Source: Cycas panzhihuaensis
Lineage: Eukaryota; Plantae; Cycadophyta
DNA: 64,000 bases
NCBI GenBank assembly: GCA_023213395.1
Contig: CM041465.1
Location: 211,613,741-211,677,740, forward strand
Reading direction: 5' to 3'
In this document: in pieces, positions 24,947 to 37,660 of the stretch
Position numbering within the stretch: the stretch's first letter is position 1
Layout: every line of letters begins with the position of its first letter
Notes under the pieces: generated by a model
What the model was told of the DNA's origin: nothing
Database searches by the model: none
What the model saw: the letters and a program-made list of their open reading frames with translations, nothing else
Program-made: the position numbers and the translations under genes

Positions 24947-27940
24947 TGTTTCCCAGCTACCAGGAATGGGTATGGACAGATCGACTCAAGTAAGTGTAGG
25001 TATGCTTCTCTCTCTTATCTTGGCTACTTAATAGATCATAGATTGAGGTATTTGTTAGATTGCATGATTGATTGGCTCATCTTTATGATTGATTATGCAT
25101 TTCCACTTGAGTATCTCGCATGTCCCTAGCCTATGATGACCCTCGGGACCTACCTCTATGTGAGATAAGAATCCCCATGGCACTCTACAACCCTCTGTGT
25201 CACCTCCACGTCGCCTTGAGCTACAACCAACCCATGTGATCCATTCATGTCTTTGTCATAAGTATTTTGTGCCATTTCATAGCATTTCTGGGTATCCCAC
25301 CTCTTGATGTCATACCCGGTCTAGCTAACATACTCACTTGGACTGTCCCCATCCACTTGGATAGGGGGACCAACCCTTCCTAGACCTAGAACATCTTCAT
25401 TTAGGGCTCCTAAGACCCTTGCCATTACTTTTACGCCACTTTGGTCTCGCACCACTGTAAAGTTAATGGTACCGCAAAGTTTACCATAGTTTGACTGTTT
25501 CATAGTATTTTTTTAATCTGCCCTGGTAATTCTCACCTTTTTTGCAGAACTACCATATGGATTAGTCACCAAATTAGCCCCCGCCTAACCCTAATCACTC
25601 GATTAGGGTTAGGGTAGATATAAACCCCCAAAACAACTTCATTTCACATCTCTAACAACTCTCTCCAACAACTTCCTCCTCTCTTCTCCATAGGAACTCT
25701 CTGTAGAATGCTAGTCATGGCTGAGTCGCTACTGCTCCAGCCTGAGATTCACCTATTGTAGCACTCTTCTATGGTAGAAAGCTCCTCCATCAGTACCTCC
25801 AAGTATTAGCCCATGCCCAGGTGTGGCCTCCATGCTCCTTTCTCAGCCTTCAGCAAGCATACTTCTCCTACAACTTAAGGAAAGCATGTAAGCTCCTCTA
25901 ACCTACCACTTTTTACTGTCTATAAGGGTAGACCTGCTCCTTACACAGCCCAGCAAGTACCCCATGCCTTTTTACTACTTTCTACTTTGAGTTTTCTTTG
26001 AAAACATAGGACCTTATCCATACAAATCAATTTCTTTGTGTTGTGCTACATGAAAGAGCCATTGTTTCTGTTTTCTATCTCTTATATCTTAGTCATCTCT
26101 CAACCTCCCCTAGTTTTCTCCAAGAAGGCTATGGGAGAGGGTCCATAAGGTGTGAGTAGAAGGATGCAAGGTGGGATCTGTACCCACTAAGCTTGCTCCT
26201 CAAGGGCAACCCCCTGCTCCTCCTTCTTCTCCTTCATCCGTGCCTTCCTTGGGCCATCCAGGAGCCTTTGAGATTGAGTCTGCCCTAAGTTTCAGCGTAT
26301 GTAGAACTTGTTGTGATGATCTCAGGCCTGCACATCCTCCTTTTGGGCCTCTCCTTTAGCCCTTAATAGTGCCCAGTGCTCTTCTTTTGCTTTGATATAG
26401 CTTGCGTTACGATTTACTACCTATAGCATTCCTGCAACGTGGGTGACTTCCACAATTCTTACCACGTTTATTTCCCTTTTTATATCTTGCTCATAGGCTA
26501 TTATGATCTATTGTTTCTTGCATCTTAGGGTAGTGTAGAGGTGTGTTTGTAGGAGGGTTATCCATTCTAAGGCTAAGCTCCTTTTTGCTTGATATGTGAT
26601 AGTACTTTCTTTTGGGCTTGGCAGAGTTGTTCTTTGTGGTGGATTAACTAACATAATGTATTGTATTTCAACACTTATTTTTCATATTGTTGTACATATA
26701 TCTATCTTGCTCCTTAGTAGCCCCTCTTGGGAGGGTGAAGATCTTTGTGAGTGTAGGTTATGCGGTGATATTTATGAGGAGAAGGAAACACCTTAATCCG
26801 GGTAAGCCCTTACCCTCTTCCTTTTCTTTATCTCTCTTCCACTTTCTTGCATAATTATTTGCTCTATTTTCTTTTCTATTTGGTTTCTTTCTTTATACGG
26901 GGAAGGTAAGGAAGCCCCAAGAGGAAGGTAAGGAAGCCCCCACTCCATCTCTACCTCGCCAATGACTGCGTATCGAGTAAGGATAGGAAGACATAAGCAA
27001 TACACGAGCACAAGTTCTCTTCCGGTTGCGTGAAATTCTGAGTACGTATCATACCCTTTTACCTAGCTCTTCCCTCTCTTGTTGCCATTAAGTGTGTATG
27101 CTTGTGTGACAAACCACATAAAAGAAAAAGATAATAATTTATTTGCTCGTGTTCATCTTACAACCATACATTGCATGAGTGCTTTCTTAGGAAAGGTGTA
27201 TCTTAGGAATTACATTCTCCCCTTTCCTCTTCTCACCGAATCAGAAATATCCCTTAGTGGCACATAATCACATTAGCATGCATGCTTGTGTATGTATGAA
27301 ACATTTCCTTTCCTTAAGCTTTCATTGCTAAAAAGAGAAAGAGAGAAAGGGAGAGTAGTTTATGTCTTTTTCTTTCTTTGAAAGCACACACGAATCACTT
27401 TTCGCTACCACTACCTCTACACTTCACATCCTCAACCAGCACACACGCAACCTTCTTTGCCCTTGCCAAGGTTTGTGCCCTTTTTTTCTTGCATCGCGGT
27501 AAAGGTTCCGCTTTTTCGGCCCCCCTTCTCTTCCTTCAGGCTTACCCTAGCTTTGTTGACCTAGGGTGTCCCACTTGTACCTATTGCACATTCTTTTGCC
27601 ATCCATCTGTGCATGTTGCACTTGTGTCATGTTCCATGTTCATAAGGAACCTCCTCCTATGTAGGTCTCCCTTCTTCCTTCCGGCCATCCAAGGGCAGGG
27701 GGACCTTGCCTCCTGGGACTATTTGAGATACCTCACTTGTATCTTGCCCACCAAACCAAAGAGATAAGCTACTTCAAGGAAATCGTGTACCATTTGTGGG
27801 TCATGAACCTACGTTCTGATGCACAAATGCCCTGTGTGGTGTTTTCTTCCACTTATAGGATCATACTTATATTTTAGATTTTGCCATCAACTACCCTAAC
27901 CCCTACTTAGTGTAGTTACCATCCCACATATGTGATTCCA
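24947..27940 (+). repeat. 3' LTR (2994 bp)
   Basis: tgtttcccagct...tgtgattcca, preceded by the PPT. Confidence 0.95.
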
Positions 27941-27945
27941 AGCAC

Positions 27946-28560
27946 ATAGATAACTAAAGTGGGAGAGTAGCTAGAAGTACTTACCACAACCATAATATTA
28001 GAAGACCACATGGGTAAACCAATCATAAGTGATCCAAGCATGGGCAACTTTCAAGGTGGTCAACATGTCAAATATTTGAGGGTGGATTAAGATATAAAAC
28101 TGGCCATTTAAATATCACATGAGACATTAGAGCATATAGTGGTAGATATAGGAGCAAGGGCTAATATAATATGAAAGATTGCTTAGAGGAAATTAGGGGC
28201 ACCAACTTTATAGCGATCTCATTTCCTATTAAGACTAGAAAATCAATGTAAAATAGAGCCCATAGAATGATAATAGGATAAAAATTAAGATCATAAATTA
28301 GTTATTTATAATAGATTTTATGGTCATCTCTATGATAGTGGGAACTCTGCTAGTATATGATGATTTACATGGATAATTATGGCTACAAGGTATACATGTC
28401 ATTTAAAATTAGGGACACAATATATTATCAATCAAGAAAAATAAACAAAAACTATTAATAAATCTAAACCATCATATAACAAGATAATAAATGATAGATT
28501 TGAGTTTATCAAATGACGAAGCAAATAACAAGGTGGAATTTGAAGGGGGTGAAATAGAAA
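27946..28560 (+). pseudogene. Old gypsy element, right part: protease remnant
   Basis: HIVVDIGARANII ~28132-28170; continues the gag interrupted at 13359. Confidence 0.65.
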
Positions 28561-28700
28561 ACTATAGAACTTCATTAGATATGCATCTTCCATTTAATAT
28601 AACATAATAGGAAAATTTATGTATTTTTATTATAACCCTAACTAGGACATTGTATTACTATTATAATATTAGATTAAGCTAAACATAAAAGACTACTTAG

Positions 28701-31700
28701 TGTTATAATTTATGAAATGGATAACCCTTGACTCTTCATCTTACTAATGACTTTTTTCTTAATTTCTAATGGCCTTTCATGTGGTTATTCTATGCAATAT
28801 TTAAAGGGAAGTGAATTAGGATAGAAGGCAATAGTTTAGCATGAGTTCTTTGATGTTTGAGAAGATCTTTACCCAAAAAAGCTAATGGATTCCTACTAGA
28901 GGAGGCTATTGTATATAACATAATTGTAAAAGATATTGTGTGTAGTTTTATTTATGAAAGATATTATATATAACATTATTAGTTGATAATAATACATCTA
29001 ATTATGCCCAATAATAAAACTAATACATCTAGTAGATCCACCTAAAAGATTTGATACTAATGGGGTTAGATGGTTAATAAGATGGGCTAACCTTTAGCCA
29101 CAGTTTGGACAAGAGGTGGCTTGTGGTGAAAGCAATCTCATTCCCTCCCTCAATGGTAGTATATATATATGTTTTTTATGTTTGATTTCCCACTTGTTCA
29201 TTCTTAGATACTCTCATTAAGATTCTTTCTCATCCTCTTCTATTTTAATATCTTCTCTCTTACAAGTAAATTTCTTAAGTAAGATGGAATATTGAAGGGA
29301 GAATTATTGTTACTTATTAACTTTATTACATTCTTTTAAGTTTGTATTTTTATTAGCAAGAAATTCCTGTAGAATTGGACTTTGACATTATTCATTCTTG
29401 TGGGATATAACATTTGGTATCTGAGCATTTATTCGATTGAAATGGTATATAATTGATAAGAATAAAAGGAGGTTACTTTTCTTTAAAATATCCTAAAAAG
29501 TTATTGATATTATGCAAGAGAGGTTAATTATATTTTAGAAGAGAATGACTAATATGTTTAGCTAAATGTTAGTGGTGAATTCACTCTTGATAATGTTGTT
29601 GTAAAATTAAGAAAACCCCCAAAGATAAAGAAAATAAGAGGCAACTCAAAGACCAATGATTCAATAGCTTAAAGTAGAAGGATAATATCCTTACAAAGCC
29701 TTAGAGACTCATGAAATTATCCCTCTAATTACTAAACTGTATTAAAGGAAGAAGTAGATGTGAAAGGAAGAGTTAGAGGCCAAAGTTAATTCTAGAAAAT
29801 AGTTATTTAAACATCTAGTTGACCTAAGTCTAAGTGGGTCACATTCTCTCCCTTAAAGACGAGATGGATTTTCTAGAAAAGTCATTCTAATTAAAGAATA
29901 TCAAGTTATCAATCTTTAATGGACAAGGAACTACCTCTAATTTTCACACATAGATAAGTAGTATAGAGGGCTACTTTAAGAAATTTATATATATTTTAAG
30001 AGAATAAGATGACTCTTACTCATTTCTAGTTGCAAGATCAAATTAACTATTCATGGGATGGGGTTAAAACCCAAATAAAGAATCGACTAGGGAATAAGTT
30101 CACTTCTTAGGAGAAATTCAAATGATTTTTGTATACTCATTATACACTAAAGATGATTTGGAAGAGGCATAAACTTAGCTGCTATAAATCTAGAAAGTAG
30201 GACTAGCCAAAGATTACAACTCAAAGATTGATGAGTTATTTTTTCTACTTCTAATTATATCCACTTTTAATTGTATCTATTGATATAATGTAAGTTTAAA
30301 ACCTTATCTTGAAAAGATACTAAAGGCACGTAATTTAGATTTTATAAAGGAGGTTATAGGTCTAGTGCTTCATATGGATGAATTTATTTAGGATAGGAAG
30401 AGTCGATTTAAAGGCAATAATTCTTTTAAGTTGTCAAAAGAAAATCAATAAACTAAGTATTTTATACATTCCAAAATAGAATTTCATACTTGAGATAAAG
30501 GAAAGTTTTAAATTAATAACCCAAGTAAGTCCTCTAAGAAAATAAACCTTGTTAAAGAGAAAAAAATAGATATCTGGAAAATAATTTATTCTTTATTTTT
30601 AAGAAGGAAGGGCATCAATCTTATAATTATCTATAAAAGCAAGCTTCTAATATAATTTAGTGGAATAAAGTTGAATACAAAGTAAGTATAATTGTAGAAA
30701 AAAATAAAACAATAAATAAGGCCAATCATAATTGAAAAGTACTAATATATATCTTTGTTGAATACTCCTACGTAGAATTATTAAGATTCAAATGGAGCAT
30801 CAATGGAATGTAGGTAATTATATTAAGTGAGAATGGTTTTACTCATAATTTTATAATATATAAGTTTTCTTAATAATTAGAGTTGACCAAAACTAGGCTA
30901 GATTTTGCATATGAGGTAGAACTTGATGATGGTCAAGAAACCTAGGTATAGGATATATATATTCTATAAGTACCGTTATATATTCAGTCATATAGTAATA
31001 TTATTGATTTTAATGTAATGAATATCTATCTCCATTTAAGACAAAAATGATTACATATTTTTTATCCTAAATTTAGTTTTTGGTCACACATTTTGAGGCT
31101 TGAATATGATGGCTGTCAATACTTTTTAGTTAGTGATAAAGATTTGTAGACTATTGTTATGGTGTCACCTATTTAAATAAAGAAGGAATCATGATAGTGT
31201 GATAGCACATGTTATATAATCCTTATTACAGAAAATGACTCTTCAAGTAAAATTAGCCATGGTATGGTTAACTTCTTAAGTGATTTTATTGATGTATTCC
31301 CTAAATATTTACCTTCTATACTACTTATTGAAAGGGATGCTGATCATGAAATTGATTTAGAACTAAGAACTAAACCCATTTCTAGAATCCTACAACACCT
31401 TAGTTTCTCTAAATATGAGGAAGTTAAGAAACAAATCATAGAATTACTAGACAAAAACTTCATTCATCCCAATAATATATTATTTTAAATCATTATTAAC
31501 TTGGCAGAGAAGAAAGATGAGTTCTTAAGAATATGTATATACTATACAATCCTAAATAAATATATCATAAAGGATAAGTATCCAATGCCTCAAATTGGTG
31601 GTCTTTTGAATCAACTAAACATTATAATAATATTCTTAATTATTTATTTGATAAGTGGCTACCATCAAATATAAATAAAGTCTTCATATGTAGATAAGAC

Positions 31701-31870
31701 TATTTTTAGCATAAAAGTTGGACATTATGAATATTTGGTCATATTATTTAGATTAACCAATGCTCTTACTACATAGTTCCTATTTGGATAAGTTTATTGT
31801 AGGTTTTTTTAATGATATAGTTATTTTTAGTAAAAACCAAGAACAACAATATGAACATATGAGATATTAG
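28701..31870 (+). mobile_element. Truncated chromovirus-like Ty3/gypsy element: LTR, PBS, gag, protease, RT
   Basis: LTR tgttata(28701)..tataaca(29412); PBS tggtatctgagc 29415-29426; protease ILSENGFTHNFI ~30820; RT DVFP..DHEIDLE..KDKYPMPQI..SGYHQI..GHYEYLV..FFNDIVIFSK 31264-31860. Confidence 0.85.
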
Positions 31871-33322
31871 AGTTTATTCACAATATGAGCAACTTTTGAA
31901 CAATGAAATAATAACAAAATCACTATATTAATTAGATACAGTAGTCACATAGTCTTTAGGGTTTTAAAATATGTAATATAAATGGTATTGATAAATACTA
32001 GTGTTGGAACAAAGTTCTATTATAATTGGAGGAAGGCACTCATCTCTTGGTTCAGTGCACCATGTGCCTTAATACTTATAAACACCAAAAAGTACCAATT
32101 AGTAATAGATAGATTTGAGATATATTAATATATATATATCTATATATAGATATATATTATAATCAAAGCATAATATAAAACTTAATGGAAAATTAACTTC
32201 AAAGTATTAATAACTTAAACTTTACCTTTAATAACCTCATTTGATGTTAATTTTTTAAACACCAAAATCAAACTTGTGTTTTTTGAATTTATTTTTTAGT
32301 AAAGGATTTATGAGTATATTATTAGTGATATACTCAAGTTCTACTTTTTATTGATTGATAATGTCCCTAATAAAATGGTAACCAACTTTGATATGCTTAG
32401 TCCTTTAATAAAAGACATAATTTTTGGCTGATTTTAATACACTTTATTTAGAATAATATATTAGAGTGGGACTTGTTTGATTAAATTATAGGTTTTCTAA
32501 TAACAACTTTGTAGATAACTATGGATATAACTCTATATTTAGCTTTTATAGATGATTTGGCAATAGTATAGTGTTTTCTACTATGCCAAGAGATAACAAC
32601 TATTCTAGTTTTAAATATGCATCCACTGGTAGACTTCCTATCTTTTAGGGATCCTACCCAATCAAAATAAGTGAATCCAATAATTTGAATGTTATTATTT
32701 AAACTTTTAATATATATAATTATAAATTCATATATTCCTTTTATATACCTTAGGATTATTTTTATGGATTTCTAATATGTCTCCCTAGGGGATGTTATAT
32801 CTTTAGCCATCTTATTCATTTTAGAGGAAATGTCTAGTTTACTATGAGAGAGATAGATTAAAATTCTTATAGACTATCTATACACCCTTTCTTCTACTTT
32901 TTTCATCTCATCATTGAGAGAGATATTTTTAATCCACTTTCCATAAGTGTATCATTGGGATTAACATCACCCATTTTAAATCATTCTAAAATATTCGTTA
33001 TATACTTAGATTAAGAAATGAAGTCCCCATCTTTGGTCTACCACACCTCAATTCTAAGATAATAGTACATGAGAACTAAGTCGTTCATGTCAAATTCCTT
33101 ATGTAACTTTTCTCTAACATCTATAACTAGGTTATAATTACTTCCACAAATTATTAAAGCATAAAAATTTATAATCAATATGACCATATCCTTCTCATTA
33201 TTTAACACATAGAGATTAGAGTTATTAGGACTTCTTTTGAATCCAATATTTCTTAACTATTTATCAATTTTTCTATACTAAGCACTTGGGGCTAGTTTTA
33301 ATCCATAGAGAGATTTGGATAA

Positions 33323-36123
33323 TGTTATGAAGAGTTGTGACTTTTAATGAAGGGGCTTATTATGCACCTATAAATGAGGTCTCCAATGTATTAAATATCA
33401 TCATTCATATTTATCAATCAATCAATTATTCGGTCATTCGACCTGTTCAAATGCTCTTATGTCTTTGAATACTCTTTGAAATATCTTGATTGTGCTCCTA
33501 TTATAGAAAAGGTCCGTAATAATTGGTATCAAAGCAATACAGTCCAAGAAAATTAAGAAACAAAGATTAATGACCAAAATTCTAATGAAACCCCTTGAAG
33601 GGGGTACTTGTTTTAATCGTCACGTGATGATCTATCTACCTACAAAGGTTGGGAGAAATTGGATTCTTTTGTAGAGAGAAAAACCCTTTCGAAATTATAA
33701 AAAAGCATCTTATATAAAGTTGCATACTAGTTAATGTTAAGATGTTCTAAGGAATATTCCCTTTTTAATTATTTTGCAACATTAGAAAAAGGGTACGTCA
33801 TTTTGTTTTTACCATAACTTAAGCATACAATGTCCGTTTTTCAAAAAATTTATATCGTTAGAAAGCTAATTTTGAGAACTATCTATTAGTGGTATTATTT
33901 CTTGGATTTGAAGTCTTTTTGATTAAGTTTTAAGCTATTAAAGTTAACCTTACAAAATATATAATATTAAGCATATTTTATTGAAGAAGGGAGGTATACA
34001 CCATCACCGATAATTTACATAATGCTAATAAGATACTTAGAAAACAAGGCAGAGAAATGGGATTATTATTTCAAGGAATAAAATTTATGTTAGTAGGATT
34101 TGATCCTATAAAACAAAACAAACATGTAATAGAGCTTGTGTATAATGGGGCATTTAATATGAGACAATATGATGCAAGTTATACTCACGTTATTATCTAT
34201 CAGTCATCATATTATAACCCTATTTGCACTATGGCTAGGAAAGATGGGAAGGAATTGGTCACGCACCTATGGATTGAAGATAGTTTGGCCAATGGAGTAC
34301 TTACAGACATTAATAAAATATTATATAAACTTGTAATAAATATATTAGCCATTTTTGGTAGTGCATCCTTATATATTTGCTTAACTGGATATCAAGGTCA
34401 AGATCATTATGACATTATAAGAATGGTTGAAATAATGGGAGCACGATTTATAAAGCCATTGATTATGAGTCAAGTAACACATCTCATTTGTTATAAACAT
34501 GAAGATGATAAGTATAGAGTTGCTAAACAAATGGGAATAAAGTTAGTCAATCACCGTTGGCTTGAGGACTGTTTGAAGGCTTAGGCAATACTTTCTAAAG
34601 AAAACTACTTGAAAAGTGGATGGGAGCTATAAGTGTTAGAAGAAAAGGTTGATCCACTTCTATTGACAATATATAATCAAAACTTATACAGCTATTCTAT
34701 TGGTTTACATGAATCTCTTCGAGTAGAAGCAAATACTATGAAAGGATTTAGGGAAGCAAGAACTTATGGAAAACTGGGAAAAAATGAAAAGAATTCAAAT
34801 TTAGCAATTGGAGATAAACATAAAGAATCTTCTCCAACATTAGTAAATCTCAATAACACTTGCTCATTAGCGTTAGACAAGAAATTAAAAGAACAGGTAA
34901 AAAAATTACAGGAGTTACATCAAGAGAATTCAATTAATCATGAAAGACATATGGATAAACCTATCAATGACATATATAAGGATGATACATCTATATTAAA
35001 AGCTATTAGGATACAAGATCACACAATGCAGAAAGAAAAAGAGCCTATAAATCAAATCATAATTCCAACACATGATTTGAGCATACAAGAAGAAGAAAAA
35101 AATATACTATAAGAAAATAAGGATAATTCATTGGTAGATGACAAAGTATTAGTGTCATTTCCAAGAGAAAATATAATAATTTATAAAAATATCTAATATA
35201 TACCAAAATGGTTGCTAATGCCAGTGGTAATATCTACATTCCTTGATCAATTGAAGAAGGATCAACCAGTACTAATAACATTTTTTGATCCATCTAAACA
35301 AAAATTACTGATATCAATAATATCAAGTTCACTTCTCAATTGACTAAATAATATGAGTCAAATAAGTGTATCATATACATCCAAGGATTTCCCAATGTCA
35401 GCAAAATCTATTTTTTTTAATAAATCTAAGAAATTTTTAAGCATTGGTATTAAATCATCCATTTTAAAATAATATTATATATGTCGACAACTTAAAGTCA
35501 AAATCGAATGGAAGATTCTATGGCAACCATCTTTGTCTTGCAAGAAAAAGCATACAGGAATTCAACATTTTTGTAATCAACATCTACCAAAGAATTATAA
35601 TTATCCCACAGTCCCATCAACCTATTCAAGCTTGTTGTTATGTGTGTATTCATTATTTGAAGTTCTAGTAAATATGACTCAACGACATATATCATATGAT
35701 TATGATATCCTTTTATTAGTAAGAGGAGACATCAAGCTAATCGTTATCAGGTTTCAAAGATGAAATATTTTAAGAAGAAGCTTTTGTTATGAACCAGCTT
35801 AGATGAAGTGATCATCCATTCATTCAAATATGTTTTGTGGGTGAAACATCTTAAGGGGGAGGAATTATTACAAACCTCCTTAGAGGTTAATTAATTATTC
35901 ATTCAATGAAGTGATATATGCTGAAGAGTTATGCCTTTTAATGAAGGGGCCTATTATGCACCTATAAATGAGGCCTCCAATGTATTGAATATCATCATTC
36001 ATATTTATCAATCAATCAATCATTTGGTCATTCGACTATTTAATTTGTTCAAATACTCTTGTGTCTTCAAATACTCTTTAAAATATCTTGATTGTGCTCC
36101 TATTACAGAAAAGGTCCATAACA
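33323..36123 (+). mobile_element. 2.8 kb non-autonomous LTR element (TRIM-like) carrying a captured BRCT gene fragment
   Basis: 5' LTR 33323-33521, PBS tggtatcaaagc 33524-33535, PPT aagggggaggaa 35853-35864, 3' LTR 35866-36123, perfect TSD GATAA at 33318-22 and 36124-28. Confidence 0.95.
34057..35112 (+). pseudogene. Intronless tandem-BRCT protein fragment (At4g02110-like N-terminus) fused to an unrelated-looking hydrophilic tail
   Basis: FQGIKFMLVGFDP..THVII..VTHLWIEDS and CLTGYQGQDHYDIIRMVEIMGARFIKPL..VTHLICYK..KLVNHRWLEDCLKA(W>*)..SGWEL; one frame, with stops at 34582 (TAG) and 34630 (TAA). Confidence 0.9.
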
Positions 36124-37124
36124 GATAACTTATATATATATTCCTCCTTCCTTTCCTTATCTTAGTTAGATAGTTATTGCATATAAACTTATTTATCTAT
36201 TTCCCCATGAAGGAATGTAATCTTAGTTTCCAACTAATATATGGGCAAATTCTTCTTTGATGTAATGGAGATTAACATTCTTATTCTATTCATTTTCATT
36301 GTTAAATTAAAGGTTTCTTTATAATCAATCCCTTCTTCTTGGGTATACACTTTTTCCACCAACCTAGCCATATACTTTTCTATTTTTTCATTAACATTAC
36401 CTTTTACCTTATAAATCCATTTGGTTCCAATAATATGCTTAGCTTTAAGAAGCTAGAATACCTCCAAAGTTTTATTCTTTATTAATGATTTATATTCTTT
36501 ATCCATAATGCTTTTCCATTCTTTTTCATCCTTTACTTTATCATATAACTTAGATTTAATGATATTTTTTACTTTTTCCATTAAGGTAAGGTTACCTCTA
36601 CTTATTGTCTCATACTCCTTATCCTTATCCCTTAATACACAAAGATGTGATCTAACTTTGAGGATTCTATGGTCGTTATGATGCATTTTAATTAATTAAT
36701 ATATGTCATTTGATTAGGACTTAGACTTGAACTAGATGAGCTTTCAACATCACTTATCTTGATTAGGCTCATACTTTTCTTAGGATCATATTTAATAATA
36801 TTTTTTCTTTATTATTTTCTTTAATTTTACTTATGCTTTTCATAGGATTTTCATCAAAGCTTACATTCCTACTAGCATAAGTTTTCCTTTCTTCATCAAA
36901 TAGATTATATGTTTCCTCTTCTTCTTTATATCTAATAAATATGGTTTTCTTTACTGTGTCATCCAACTTACTTATTCTTTCCTTAGGAATATGCATGCTT
37001 GCAACACTTTCAAACACTCTTAAGTGTCCAATACAAAGTATTCTTTTGAACCATACTTCTTCATGAGTAATATTTATAACTACTTGGTTAGACTTTGGTT
37101 TAACACATAAACCAATCCTTATTT

Positions 37125-37660
37125 CTTTACGTATCCTCCAAGTTTGGATGCCAGGATCCTTAATAATGACACCAAAATTATTCCTCTTAAGTTGATTTCA
37201 CAACTTTAATAAAAGTTCCATAGAAACCCACTAAATAAATCATGTTAACCTAGTGTATGTAATCTTTTAAACTAGCAAACTAAGAAGCCATCAAATTGGG
37301 GCTCAATAAATAACAAACAAATTCCTACTAAATAGTTTTGTTTATTAGCTTTCCATTTACATGGCTTTGTTAGAAACCCTATGTAAAAGTAGAGGCAAAT
37401 AAACAAACTTAGAAACTAACTACAATACATGGGGACTATCTCATAGTGTTTCCCCTATAGTTGGTAATACTTCCCTCTTATTTACAACAGTGGCATAAAG
37501 GTCAATCTAATATGGGCAAAATGGAAACATGAATATAAGAAGAAATATGATCAACAAAGTGTGACAAAATAACTTTTATCCACTTCATTCATATCGAGAA
37601 AAATTATTTATGCATGCTCTTATAAGTTATGGTAATTACCTATATTTCTTGGTAGGTTGT
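37125..37660 (-). repeat. Athila-like LTR 3' end plus PBS and short leader (same family as 49810-50350)
   Basis: Colinear with 49812-50350; minus strand tggtgtcattattaagga is a decayed tggcgccgttgccgggga PBS; the LTR may extend further right. Confidence 0.75.

Larger units (their letters stand above)
13359..27940 (+). mobile_element. 14.6 kb non-autonomous Tat-like Ty3/gypsy LTR retrotransposon (gag, protease, antisense PMD gene, aRH; no RT/IN)
   Basis: Paired ~3 kb LTRs; TSD agaac (13354-58) / agcac (27941-45); PBS tagtgaccatactagggac 16344-16362 (decayed Tat/Ogre tRNA-Arg type); PPT aagggggtag just before 24947. Confidence 0.93.
32560..37115 (-). mobile_element. Degenerate Ty1/copia fragment (integrase C-terminus, RT, RNase H start), split by the insertion at 33323-36123
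   Basis: HLRVFESVASMHIPKERISKLD; KYMARLVEKVYTQEEGIDYKETF; ITFLHGE; rejoined flanks read EEYIYKLSKSLYGLK; DWVGSLKDRKSTSG ~32620-32665. Confidence 0.9.

Noticed and set aside
34057-34584. Functional host BRCT gene
   Set aside because: It lies between LTRs with a TSD, has no introns, has a stop at a conserved Trp, and lacks the rest of the protein
37125-37660. 3' LTR of the Athila-like element at 44-50 kb
   Set aside because: It is adjoined by a PBS and leader, as a 5' LTR would be
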